A stretch of 64,000 bases of DNA from Eledone cirrhosa (taxonomy: Eukaryota), in the NCBI GenBank assembly GCA_964016885.1, contig OZ024743.1:80228001-80292000 (forward strand). Direction: 5' to 3'. Below, in pieces: positions 45,301-57,300 of the stretch. Positions within the stretch are counted from its first letter, which is position 1. Each line of letters starts with the position of its first letter. The position numbers and the translations under genes were made by a program. Below the pieces are notes generated by a model, which was not told where the DNA came from, searched no databases, and was given only the letters and a program-made list of their open reading frames with translations.

Positions 45301-48300
45301 TGTTGTCACTGTAGTTGGTGTAGAGGTTGTAGTAGTAGTTGTTGTCACTGTAGTTGGTGTAGAGGTTGTAGTAGTAGTTGTTGTCACTGTAGTTGGTGTA
45401 GAGGTTGTAGTAGTAGTTGTTGTCACTGTAGTTGGTGTAGAGGTTGTAGTAGTAGTTGTTGTCACTGTAGTTGGTGTAGAGGTTGTAGTAGTAGTTGTTG
45501 TCACTGTAGTTGGTGTAGAGGTTGTAGTAGTAGTTGTTGTCACTGTAGTTGGTGTAGAGGTTGTAGTAGTAGTTGTTGTCACTGTAGTTGGTGTAGAGGT
45601 TGTAGTAGTAGTTGTTGTCACTGTAGTTGGTGTAGAGTTTGTAGTAGTAGTTGTTGTCACTGTAGTTGGTGTAGAGATTGTAGTAGTTGTTGTTATCACT
45701 GTAGTTGGTGTAGAGGTTGTAGTAGTTGTTGTTGTCACTGTAGTTGGTGTAGAGGTAGTAGTATTTGTTGTTGTCACTGTAGTTGGTGTAGAGGTAGTAG
45801 TTGCTGTTGTTGTCACTGTAGTTGGTGTAGAGTTTGTAGTTGTTGTTGTTGTCACTGTAGTTGGTGTAGAGGTTGTAGTAGTAGTTGTTGTCACTGTAGT
45901 TGGTGTAGAGGTTGTAGTAGTAGTTGTTGTCATTGTTGTTGGTGTAGAGGTTGTAGTAGTAGTAGTTGTTGTCACTGTAGTTGGTGTAGAGGTTGTAGTA
46001 GTAGTTGTTGTCACTGTAGTTGGCGTAGAGGTTGTAGTAGTAGTAGTTGTTGTCACTGTAGTTGGTGTAGAGGTTGTAGTAGTAGTTGTTGTCACTGTAG
46101 TTGGTGTAGAGGTTGTAGTAGTAGTTGTTGTCACTGTAGTTGGTGTAGAGGTAGTAGTAGTAGTTGTTGTTGTCACTGTAGTTGGTGTAGAGGTTGTAGT
46201 AGTAGTTGTTGTCACTGTAGTTGGTGTAGGGGTTGTAGTAGTTGTTGTTGTCACTGTAGTTGGTGTAGAGGTTGTAGTAGTTGTTGTTGTCACTGTAGTT
46301 GGTGTAGAGGTTGTAGTAGTAGTTGTTGTTGTCATTGTAGTTGGTGTAGAGGTTGTAGTAGTTGTTGTTGTCACTGTAGTTGGTGTAGAGGTTGTAGTAG
46401 TTGTTGTTGTTGTCACTGTAGTTGGTGTAGAGGTTGTAGTAGTAGTTGTTGTCACTGTAGTTGGTGTAGAGGTTGTAGTAGTAGTTGTTGTCACTGTAGT
46501 TGGTGTAGAGGTTGTAGTAGTAGTTGTTGTCACTGTAGTTGGTGTAGAGTTTGTAGTAGTAGTTGTTGTCACTGTAGTTGGTGTAGAGATTGTAGTAGTT
46601 GTTGTTGTCACTGTAGTTGGTGTAGAGGTTGTAGTAGTAGTTGTTGTCACTGTAGTTGGTGTAGAGGTTGTAGTAGTAGTTGTTGTCACTGTAGTTGGTG
46701 TAGAGGTTGTAGTAGTAGTTGTTGTCACTGTAGTTGGTGTAGAGGTTGTAGTAGTAGTTGTTGTCACTGTAGTTGGTGTAGAGGTTGTAGTAGTAGTTGT
46801 TGTCACTGTAGTTGGTGTAGAGGTTGTAGTAGTAGTTGTTGTCACTGTAGTTGGTGTAGAGGTTGTAGTAGTAGTTGTTGTCACTGTAGTTGGTGTAGAG
46901 GTTGTAGTAGTACTTGTTGTCACTGTAGTTGGTGTAGAGGTTGTAGTAGTAGTTGTTGTCACTGTAGTTGGTGTAGAGTTTGTAGTAGTAGTTGTTGTCA
47001 CTGTAGTTGGTGTAGAGATTGTAGTAGTTGTTGTTGTCACTGTAGTTGGTGTAGAGGTTGTAGTAGTTGTTGTTGTCACTGTAGTTGGTGTAGAGGTAGT
47101 AGTATTTGTTGTTGTCACTGTAGTTGGTGTAGAGGTAGTAGTTGCTGTTGTTGTCACTGTAGTTGGTGTAGAGTTTGTAGTTGTTGTTGTTGTCACTGTA
47201 GTTGGTGTAGAGGTTGTAGTAGTAGTTGTTGTCACTGTAGTTGGTGTAGAGGTTGTAGTTGCTGTTGTTGTCACTGTAGTTGGTGTAAAGGTTGTAGTAG
47301 TTGTTGTTGTTCTCACTGTAGTTGGTGTAGAGGTTGTAGTAGTAGTTGTGGTCACTGTAGTTGGTGTAGAGGTTGTAGTTGTTGTTGATGTCAATGTAGT
47401 TGGTGTAGAGGTTGTAGTAGTAGTTGTTGTCACTGTAGTTGGAGTAGAGGTTGTAGTAGTAGTTGTTGTCACTGTAGTTGGTGTCGAGTTTGTAGTAGTA
47501 GTTGTTGTCACTGTAGTTGGTGTAGAGATTGCAGTAGTAGTTGTTGTCACTGTAGTTGGTGTAGAGGTAGTAGTAGTTGTTGTCACTGTAGTTGGTGTAG
47601 AGATTGTAGTAGTAGTTGTTGTCACTGTAGTTGGTGTAGAGATTGCAGTAGTAGTTGTTGTCACTGTAGTTGGTGTAGAGGTTGTAGTAGTAGTTGTTGT
47701 TGTCACTGTAGTTGGTGTAGAGGTAGTAGTAGTAGTTGTTGTCACTGTAGTTGTTGTAGAGGTTGTAGTAGTAGTTGTTGTCACTGTAGCTGGTGTAGAG
47801 GTTATAGTAGTAGTTGTTGTCACTGTAGTTGGTGTAGAGTTTGTAGTAGTAGTTGTTGTGACTGTAGTTGGTGTAGAGGTTGTAGTTGCTGTTGTTGACA
47901 CTGTAGTTGGTGTAGAGGTTGTAGTTGTTGTTGTTGTCACTGTAGTTGGTGTAGAGGTTGTAGTTGCTGTTGTTGTCACTGTAGTTGGTGTACAGGTTGT
48001 AGTTGTTGTTGTTGTCACTGTAGTTGGTGTAGAGGTTGTAGTAGTTGTTGTTGTCACTGTAGTTGGTGTAGAGGTTGTAGTAGTAGTTGTTGTCACTGTA
48101 GTTGGTGTAGAGGTTGTAGTTGTTGTTGTTGTCACTGTAGTTGGTGTAGAGGTTGTAGTAGTAGTTTTTGTCATTGTAGTTGGTGTAGAGGTTGTAGTAG
48201 TAGTTGTTGTCACTGTAGTTAGTGTAGAGGTAGTAGTTGCTGTTGTTGTCACTGTAGTTGGTGTAGAGGTTGTAGTTGTTGTTGTTGTCACTGTAGTTGG

Positions 48301-51300
48301 TGTAGAGGTTGTAGTAGTAGTTGTTGTCACTGTAGTTGGTGTAGAGGTTGTAGTAGTTGTTGTTGTCATTGTAGTTGGTGTAGAGGTTGTAGTAGTAGTT
48401 GTTGTCACTGTAGTTGGTGTAGCGGTAGTAGTAGTAGTTGTTGTTGTCACTGTAGTTGGTGTAGAGGTTGTAGTAGTAGTTGTTGTCACTGTAGTTGGTG
48501 TAGAGGTTGTAGTAGTAGTTGTTGTCACTGTAGTTGGTGTAGAGGTTGTAGTAGTAGTTGTTGTCACTGTAGTTGGTGTATAGGTTGTAGTAGTAGTTGT
48601 TGTCACTGTAGTTGGTGTAGAGGTTGTAGTAGTAGTTGTTGTCACTGTAGTTGGTGTAGAGGTTGTAGTAGTTGTTGTTGTCACTGTAGTTGGTGTAGAG
48701 GTTGTAGTAGTAGTTGTTGTCACTGTAGTTGGTGTAGAGGTTGTAGTAGTAGTTGTTGTCACTGTAGTTGGTGTAGAGGTTGTAGTAGTAGTTGTTGTTG
48801 TCACTGTAGTTGGTGTAGAGGTTGTAGTAGTAGTTGTTGTCACTGTAGTTGGTGTAGAGGTTGTAGTAGTAGTTATTGTCACTGTAGTTGGTGTAGAGGT
48901 TGTAGTAGTTGTTGTTGTCACTGTAGTTGGTGTAGAGGTTGTAGTAGTAGTTGTTGTTGTCACTGTAGTTGGTGTAGAGGTTGTAGTAGTAGTTGTTGTC
49001 ACTGTAGTTGGTGTAGAGGTTGTAGTAGTAGTTGTTGTCACTGTAGTTGGTGTAGAGGATGTAGTAGTAGATGTTGTCACTGTAGTTGGTGTAGAGGTTG
49101 TAGTAGTAGTTGTTGTCACTGTAGTTGGTGTAGAGGTTGTAGTAGTAGTTGTTGTCACTGTAGTTGGTGTAGAGGTTGTAGTAGTAGTTGTTGTCACTGT
49201 AGTTGGTGTAGAGGTTGTAGTAGTAGTTGTTGTCACTGAAGTTGGTGTAGAGGTTGTAGTAGTAGTTGTTGTCACTGTAGTTGGTCTAGAGGTAGTAGTA
49301 GTTGTTGTCACTGTAGTTGGTGTAGAGGTTGTAGTAGTAGTTGTTGTTGTCACTGTAGTTGGTGTAGAGGTAGTAGTAGTTGTTGTCACTGTAGTTGGTG
49401 TAGAGGTTGTAGTAGTAGTTGTTGTCAATTTAGTTGGTGTAAAGGTTGTAGTAGTAGTTGTTGTCACTGTAGTTGGTGTAGAGGTTGTAGTAGTAGTTGT
49501 TGTCACTGTAGTTGGTGTAGAGGTTGTAGTAGTAGTTGTTGTCACTGTAGTTGGTGTAGAGGTTGTAGTAGTAGTTGTTGTCACTGTAGTTGGTGTAGAG
49601 GTTGTAGTAGTTGTTGTTGTCACTGTAGTTGGTGTAGAGGTAGTAGTATTTGTTGTTGTCACTGTAGTTGGTGTAGAGGTTGTAGTAGTAGTTGTTGTCA
49701 CTGTAGTTGGTGTAAAGGTTGTAGTAGTTGTTGTTGTTCTCACTGTAGTTGGTGTAGAGGTTGTAGTAGTAGTTGTGGTCACTGTAGTTGGTGTAGAGGT
49801 TGTAGTTGTTGTTGTTGTCACTGTAGTTGGTGTAGAGGTTGTAGTAGTAGTTGTTGTCACTGTAGTTGGAGTAGAGGTTGTAGTAGTAGTTGTTGTCACT
49901 GTAGTTGGTGTAGAGTTTGTAGTAGTAGTTGTTGTCACTGTAGTTGGTGTAGAGATTGCAGTAGTAGTTGTTGTCACTGTAGTTGGTGTAGAGGTTGTAG
50001 TAGTAGTTGTTGTCACTGTAGTTGGTGTAGAGGTTGTAGTAGTTGTTGTCACTGTAGTTGGTGTAGAGATTGTAGTAGTAGTTGTTGTCACTGTAGTTGG
50101 TGTAGAGATTGTAGTAGTAGTTGTTGTCACTGTAGTTGGTGTAGAGATTGCAGTAGTAGTTGTTGTCACTGTAGTTGGTGTAGAGGTTGTAGTAGTAGGT
50201 GTTGTTGTCACTGTAGTTGGTGTAGAGGTAGTAGTAGTAGTTGTTGTCACTGTAGTTGTTGTAGAGGTTGTAGTAGTAGTTGTTGTCACTGTAGCTGGTG
50301 TAGAGGTTATAGTAGTAGTTGTTGTCACTGTAGTTGGTGTAGAGTTTGTAGTAGTAGTTGTTGTCACTGTAGTTGGTGTAGAGGTTGTAGTTGCTGTTGT
50401 TGTCACTGTAGTTGGTGTAGAGGTTGTAGTTGTTGTTGTTGTCACTGTAGTTGGTGTAGAGGTTGTAGTTGCTGTTGTTGTCACTGTAGTTGGTGTAAAG
50501 GTTGTAGTAGTTGTTGTTGTTCTCACTGTAGTTGGTGTAGAGGTTGTAGTAGTAGTTGTGGTCACTGTAGTTGGTGTAGAGGTTGTAGTTGTTGTTGTTG
50601 TCACTGTAGTTGGTGTAGAGGTTGTAGTAGTAGTTGTTGTCACTGTAGTTGGAGTAGAGGTTGTAGTAGTAGTTGTTGTCACTGTAGTTGGTGTAGAGTT
50701 TGTAGTAGTAGTTGTTGTCACTGTAGTTGGTGTAGAGATTGCAGTAGTAGTTGTTGTCACTGTAGTTGGTGTAGAGGTTGTAGTAGTAGTTGTTGTCACT
50801 GTAGTTGGTGTAGAGGTTGTAGTAGTTGTTGTCACTGTAGTTGGTGTAGAGATTGTAGTAGTAGTTGTTGTCACTGTAGTTGGTGTAGAGATTGTAGTAG
50901 TAGTTGTTGTCACTGTAGTTGGTGTAGAGATTGCAGTAGTAGTTGTTGTCACTGTAGTTGGTGTAGAGGTTGTAGTAGTAGGTGTTGTTGTCACTGTAGT
51001 TGGTGTAGAGGTAGTAGTAGTAGTTGTTGTCACTGTAGTTGTTGTAGAGGTTGTAGTAGTAGTTGTTGTCACTGTAGCTGGTGTAGAGGTTATAGTAGTA
51101 GTTGTTGTCACTGTAGTTGGTGTAGAGTTTGTAGTAGTAGTTGTTGTCACTGTAGTTGGTGTAGAGGTTGTAGTTGCTGTTGTTGTCACTGTAGTTGGTG
51201 TAGAGGTTGTAGTTGTTGTTGTTGTCACTGTAGTTGGTGTAGAGGTTGTAGTTGCTGTTGTTGTCACTGTAGTTGGTGTAGAGGTTGTAGTAGTAGTTGT

Positions 51301-54300
51301 TGTCACTGTAGTTGGTGTAGAGGTTGTAGTTGTTGTTGTTGTCACTGTAGTTGGTGTAGAGGTTGTAGTAGTAGTTCTTGTCATTGTAGTTGGTGTAGAG
51401 GTTGTAGTAGTAGTTGTTGTCACTGTAGTTAGTGTAGAGGTAGTAGTTGCTGTTGTTGTCACTGTAGTTGGTGTAGAGGTTGTAGTTGTTGTTGTTGTCA
51501 CTGTAGTTGGTGTAGAGGTTGTAGTTGTTGTTGTTGTCACTGTAGTTGGTGTAGAGGTTGTAGTAGTAGTTGTTGTCACTGTAGTTGGAGTAAAGGTTGT
51601 AGTAGTAGTTGTTGTCACTGTAGTTGGTGTAGAGGTAGTAGTTGCTGTTGTTGTCACTGTAGTTGGTGTAGAGGTTGTAGTTGTTGTTGTTATCACTGTA
51701 GTTGGTGTAGAGGTTGTAGTAGTTGTTGTTGTCACTGTAGTTGGTGTAGAGGTTGTAGTTGCTGTTGTTGTCACTGTAGTTGGTGTAGAGGTTGTAGTAG
51801 TTGTTGTTGTCACTGTAGTTGGTGTAGAGGTTGTAGTAGTTGTTGTTGTCACTGTAGTTGGTGTAGAGGTTGTAGTAGTAGTTGTTGTCACTGTAGTTGG
51901 TGTAGAGGTTGTAGTTGTTGTTGTTGTCACTGTAGTTGGTGTAGAGGTTGTAGTAGTAGTTGTTGTCACTGTAGTTGGAGTAAAGGTTGTAGTAGTAGTT
52001 GTTGTCACTGTAGTTGGTGTAGAAGTTGTAGTTGTTGTTGTTGTCACTGGAGTTGGTGTAGAGGTTGTAGTAGTAGTTGTTGTCACTGTAGTTGGTGTAG
52101 AGGTTGTAGTAGTTGTTGTTGTCACTGTAGTTGGTGTAGAGGTTGTAGTAGTAGTTGTAGTCACTGTAGTTGGTGTAGAGGTTGTAGTTGTTGTTGTTGT
52201 CACTGTAGTTGGTGTAGAGGTTGTAATAGTAGTTGTTGTCACTGTAGTTGGAGTAAAGGTTGTAGTAGTAGTTGTTGTCACTGTAGTTGGTGTAGAGGTA
52301 GTAGTTGCTGTTGTTGTCACTGTAGTTGGTGTAGAGGTTGTAGTTGTTGTTGTTGTCACTGTAGTTGGTGTAGAGGTTGTAGTAGTAGTTGTTGTCACTG
52401 TAGTTGGTGTAGAGGTTGTAGTAGTTGTTGTTGTCATTGTAGTTGGTGTAGAGGTTGTAGTAGTAGTTGTTGTCACTGTAGTTGGTGTAGAGGTTGTAGT
52501 TGTTGTTGTTGTTGTCACTGTAGTTGGTGTAGAGGTTGTAGTAGTAGTTGTTGTCACTGTAGTTGGAGTCAAGGTTGTAGTAGTAGTTGTTGTCACTGTA
52601 GTTGGTGTAGAGGTAGTAGTTGCTGTTGTTGTCACTGTAGTTGGTGTAGAGGTTGTAGTAGTTGTTGTTGTCACTGTAGATGGTGTACAGGTTGTAGTAG
52701 TAGTTGTTGTCACTGTAGTTGGTGTAGAGGTTGTAGTAGTAGTTGTTGTCACCGTAGTTGGTGTAGAGGTTGTAGTAGTAGTTGTTGTCACTGTAGTTGG
52801 TGTAGAGGTAGTAGTAGTAGTTGTTGTCACTGTAGTTGGTGTAGAGGTTGTAGTAGTAGTTGTTGTTACTGTAGTTGGTGTAGAGGTTGTAGTTGTTGTT
52901 GTTGTCACTGTAGTTGGTGTAGAGGTTGTAGTAGTAGTTGTTGTTACTGTAGTTGGTGTAGAGGTTGTAGTTGTTGTTGTTGTTGTCACTGTAGTTGGTG
53001 TAGAGGTTGTAGTAGTAGTTGTTGTCACTGTAGTTGGTGTAGAGGTTGTAGTAGTAGTTGTTGTCACTGTAGTTGGTGTAGAGGTTGTAGTAGTAGTTGT
53101 TGTCACTGTAGTTGGTGTAGAGGTTGTAGTAGTAATTGTTGTCACTGTAGTTGGTGTAGAGGTTGTAGTAGTTGTTGTTGTCACTGTAGTTGGTGTAGAG
53201 GTAGTAGTTGCTGTTGTTGTCACTGTAGTTGGTGTAGAGGTTGTAGTTGTTGTTGTCACTGTAGTTGGTGTAGAGGTTGTAGTTGTTGTTGTCACTGTAA
53301 TTGGTGTAGAGGTTGTAGTAGTTGCTGTTGTCACTGTAGTTGGTGTAGAGGTTGTAGTGGTAGTTGTTGTCACTGTAGTTGGTGTAGAGGTTGTAGTAGT
53401 TGTTGTTGTCACTGTAGAGGTTGTAGTAGTTGTTGTTGTCAATGTAGTTGGTGTAGAGGTTGTAGTAGTAGTTGTTGTCACTGTTGTTGGTGTAGAGGTT
53501 GTAGTAGTTGTTGTTGTCACTGTAGAGGTTGTAGTAGTTGTTGTTGTCACTGTAGTTGGTGTAGAGGTTGTAGTAGTTGTTGTTGCCACTGTAGTTGGTG
53601 TAGAGGTTGTAGTAGTTGCTGTCACTGTAGTTGGTGTAGAGGTTGTAGTTGTTGTTGTTGTCACTCTAGTTGGTGTAGAGGTTGTAGTAGTTGTTGTTGT
53701 CACTGTAGTTGGTGTAGAGGTTGTAGTAGTAGTTGTTGTTGTCACTGTAGTTGGTGTAGATGTAGTAGTAGTTGTTGTTGTCACTGTAGGTGGTGTAGAG
53801 GTTGTAGTAGTAGTAGTTGTTGTCACTGTAGTTGGTGGAGAGGTTGTAGTAGTAGTTGTTGTCACTGTAGTTGGTGTAGAGGTTGTAGTAGTTGTTGTTG
53901 TCACTGTAGGTGGTGTAGAGGTTGTAGTAGTAGTAGTTGTTGTCACTGTAGTTGGTGTAGAGGTTGTAGTAGTTGTTGTTGTCACTGTAGTTGGTGTAGA
54001 GGATGTAGTAGTTGTTGTTGTCACTGCAGTTGGTGTAGAGGTAGTAGTAGTTGTTTTTGTCACTGTAGTTGGTGTAGAGGTTGTACCAGTTGTTGTTGTC
54101 ACTGTAGTTGGTGTAGAGGTTTTAGTAGTAGTTGTTGTCACTGTAGTTGGTGTAGAGGTTGTAGTTGTAGTTGTTGTCACTGTAGTTGGTGTAGAGGTTG
54201 TAGTAGTAGTTGTTGTTGTCACTGTAGTTGGTGTAGAGGTTGTAGTAGTAGTTGTTGTCACTGTAGTTGGTGTGGAGGTTGTAGTAGTTGTTGTAGTCAC

Positions 54301-57300
54301 TGTAGTTGGTGTAGAGGTTGTAGTAGTAGTTGTTGTCACTGTAGTTGGTGTAGAGGTTGTAGTTGTTGTTGTTGTCACTGTAGTTGGTGTAGAGATTGTA
54401 GTAGTAGTTGGTGTTGTCACTCTAGTTGGTGTAGAGAGTGTAGTAGTAGTTGTTGTCACTGTAGTTGGTGTAGAGGTTGTAGTAGTAGTTGTTGTAACTG
54501 TAGTTGGTGTAGAGGTTGTAGTTGTGGTTGTTGTCCCTGTAGTTGGTGTAGAGGTTGTAGTAGTATTTGGTGTTGTCACGCTAGTTGGTGTAGAGGTTGT
54601 AGTAGTAGTTGTTGTCACTGTAGTTGGTGTAGAGGTTGTAGTAGTTGTTGTTGTCACTGTAGTTGGTGTAGAGGTAGTAGTAGTAGTTGTTGTCACTGTA
54701 GTTGGTGTAGAGGTTGTAGTAGTAGTTGTCACTGTAGTTGGTGTAGAGGTTGTAGTAGTAGTTGTTGTCACTGTAGTTGGTGTAGAGGTTGTAGTAGTAG
54801 TTGTTGTTGTCACTGTAGTTGGTGTAGAGGTAGTAGTAGTAGTTGTTGTCACTGTAGTTGTTGTAGAGGTAGTAGTAGTTGTTGTCACTGTAGTTGGTGT
54901 AGAGGTTGTAGTAGTAGTTGTTGTCACTGTAGTTGGTGTAGAAGTTGTAGTAGTAGTTGTTGTCACTGTAGTTGGTGTAGAGGTTGTAGTTGTTGTTGTT
55001 GTTGTCACTGTAGTTGGTGTAGAGGTTGTAGTAGTAGTTGCTGTCACTGTAGTTGGTGTAGAGGTTGTAGTAGTTGTAGTTGTTGTCACTGTAGTTGGTG
55101 TAGAGGTTGTAGTAGTAGTTGTTGTCACTGTAGTTGGTGTAGAGGTTGTAGTAGTTGTTGTTGTTGTCACTGTAGTTGGTGTAAAGGTTGTAGTAGTAGT
55201 TGTTGTCACTGTAGTTGGTGTAGAGGTTGTAGTAGTTGTTGTTGTTGTCACTGTAGTTGGTGTAGAGGTTGTAGTAGTAGTTGTTGTCACTGTAGTTGGT
55301 GTAGAGTTTGTAGTAGTAGTTGTTGTCACTGTAGTTGGTGTAGAGGTTGTAGTAGTTGTTGTTGTTGTCACTGTAGTTGGTGTAGAGGTTGTAGTAGTAG
55401 TTGTTGTCACTGTAGTTGGTGTAGAGGTTGTAGTAGTAGTTGTTGTCACTGTAGGTGGTGTAGAGGTAATACTAGTAGTTGTTGTCACTGTAGTTGGTGT
55501 AGAGATTGTAGTAGTTGTTGTTGTCACTGTAGTTGGTGTAGAGGTTGTAGTAGTTGTTGTTGTCACTGTAGTTGGTGTAGAGGTAGTAGTATTTGTTGTT
55601 GTCACTGTAGTTGGTGTAGAGGTAGTAGTTGCTGTTGTTGTCACTGTAGTTGGTGTAGAGTTTGTAGTTGTTGTTGTTGTCACTGTAGTTGGTGTAGAGG
55701 TTGTAGTAGTAGTTGTTGTCACTGTAGTTGGTGTAGAGGTTGTAGTTGCTGTTGTTGTCACTGTAGTTGGTGTAAAGGTTGTAGTAGTTGTTGTTGTTCT
55801 CACTGTAGTTGGTGTAGAGGTTGTAGTAGTAGTTGTGGTCACTGTAGTTGGTGTAGAGGTTGTAGTTGTTGTTGATGTCAATGTAGTTGGTGTAGAGGTT
55901 GTAGTAGTAGTTGTTGTCACTGTAGTTGGAGTAGAGGTTGTAGTAGTAGTTGTTGTCACTGTAGTTGGTGTAGAGTTTGTAGTAGTAGTTGTTGTCACTG
56001 TAGTTGGTGTAGAGATTGCAGTAGTAGTTGTTGTCACTGTAGTTGGTGTAGAGGTAGTAGTAGTTGTTGTCACTGTAGTTGGTGTAGAGATTGTAGTAGT
56101 AGTTGTTGTCACTGTAGTTGGTGTAGAGATTGCAGTAGTAGTTGTTGTCACTGTAGTTGGTGTAGAGGTTGTAGTAGTAGTTGTTGTTGTCACTGTAGTT
56201 GGTGTAGAGGTAGTAGTAGTAGTTGTTGTCACTGTAGTTGTTGTAGAGGTTGTAGTAGTAGTTGTTGTCACTGTAGCTGGTGTAGAGGTTATAGTAGTAG
56301 TTGTTGTCACTGTAGTTGGTGTAGAGTTTGTAGTAGTAGTTGTTGTGACTGTAGTTGGTGTAGAGGTTGTAGTTGCTGTTGTTGACACTGTAGTTGGTGT
56401 AGAGGTTGTAGTTGTTGTTGTTGTCACTGTAGTTGGTGTAGAGGTTGTAGTTGCTGTTGTTGTCACTGTAGTTGGTGTACAGGTTGTAGTTGTTGTTGTT
56501 GTCACTGTAGTTGGTGTAGAGGTTGTAGTAGTTGTTGTTGTCACTGTAGTTGGTGTAGAGGTTGTAGTAGTAGTTGTTGTCACTGTAGTTGGTGTAGAGG
56601 TTGTAGTTGTTGTTGTTGTCACTGTAGTTGGTGTAGAGGTTGTAGTAGTAGTTTTTGTCATTGTAGTTGGTGTAGAGGTTGTAGTAGTAGTTGTTGTCAC
56701 TGTAGTTAGTGTAGAGGTAGTAGTTGCTGTTGTTGTCACTGTAGTTGGTGAAGAGGTTGTAGTTGTTGTTGTTGTCACTGTAGTTGGTGTAGAGGTTGTA
56801 GTAGTAGTTGTTGTCACTGTAGTTGGTGTAGAGGTTGTAGTAGTTGTTGTTGTCATTGTAGTTGGTGTAGAGGTTGTAGTAGTAGTTGTTGTCACTGTAG
56901 TTGGTGTAGCGGTAGTAGTAGTAGTTGTTGTTGTCACTGTAGTTGGTGTAGAGGTTGTAGTAGTAGTTGTTGTCACTGTAGTTGGTGTAGAGGTTGTAGT
57001 AGTAGTTGTTGTCACTGTAGTTGGTGTAGAGGTTGTAGTAGTAGTTGTTGTCACTGTAGTTGGTGTATAGGTTGTAGTAGTAGTTGTTGTCACTGTAGTT
57101 GGTGTAGAGGTTGTAGTAGTAGTTGTTGTCACTGTAGTTGGTGTAGAGGTTGTAGTAGTTGTTGTTGTCACTGTAGTTGGTGTAGAGGTTGTAGTAGTAG
57201 TTGTTGTCACTGTAGTTGGTGTAGAGGTTGTAGTAGTAGTTGTTGTCACTGTAGTTGGTGTAGAGGTTGTAGTAGTAGTTGTTGTTGTCACTGTAGTTGG

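Noticed and set aside
12418-47388. Cys-rich [13 protein letters not shown] ORFs resembling metallothionein or keratin-associated proteins
   Set aside because: Alternate frame of the same 39-mer; starts are TTG/GTG point variants and ends are sporadic TGA variants.
9392-57070. Poly-Val plus-strand ORFs (13,063 and 2,431 aa)
   Set aside because: Antisense shadow of the Thr frame (GTN versus ACN). They start at GTG inside repeats, have an implausibly hydrophobic composition, and are broken by the duplicated GAG-to-TAG variant.
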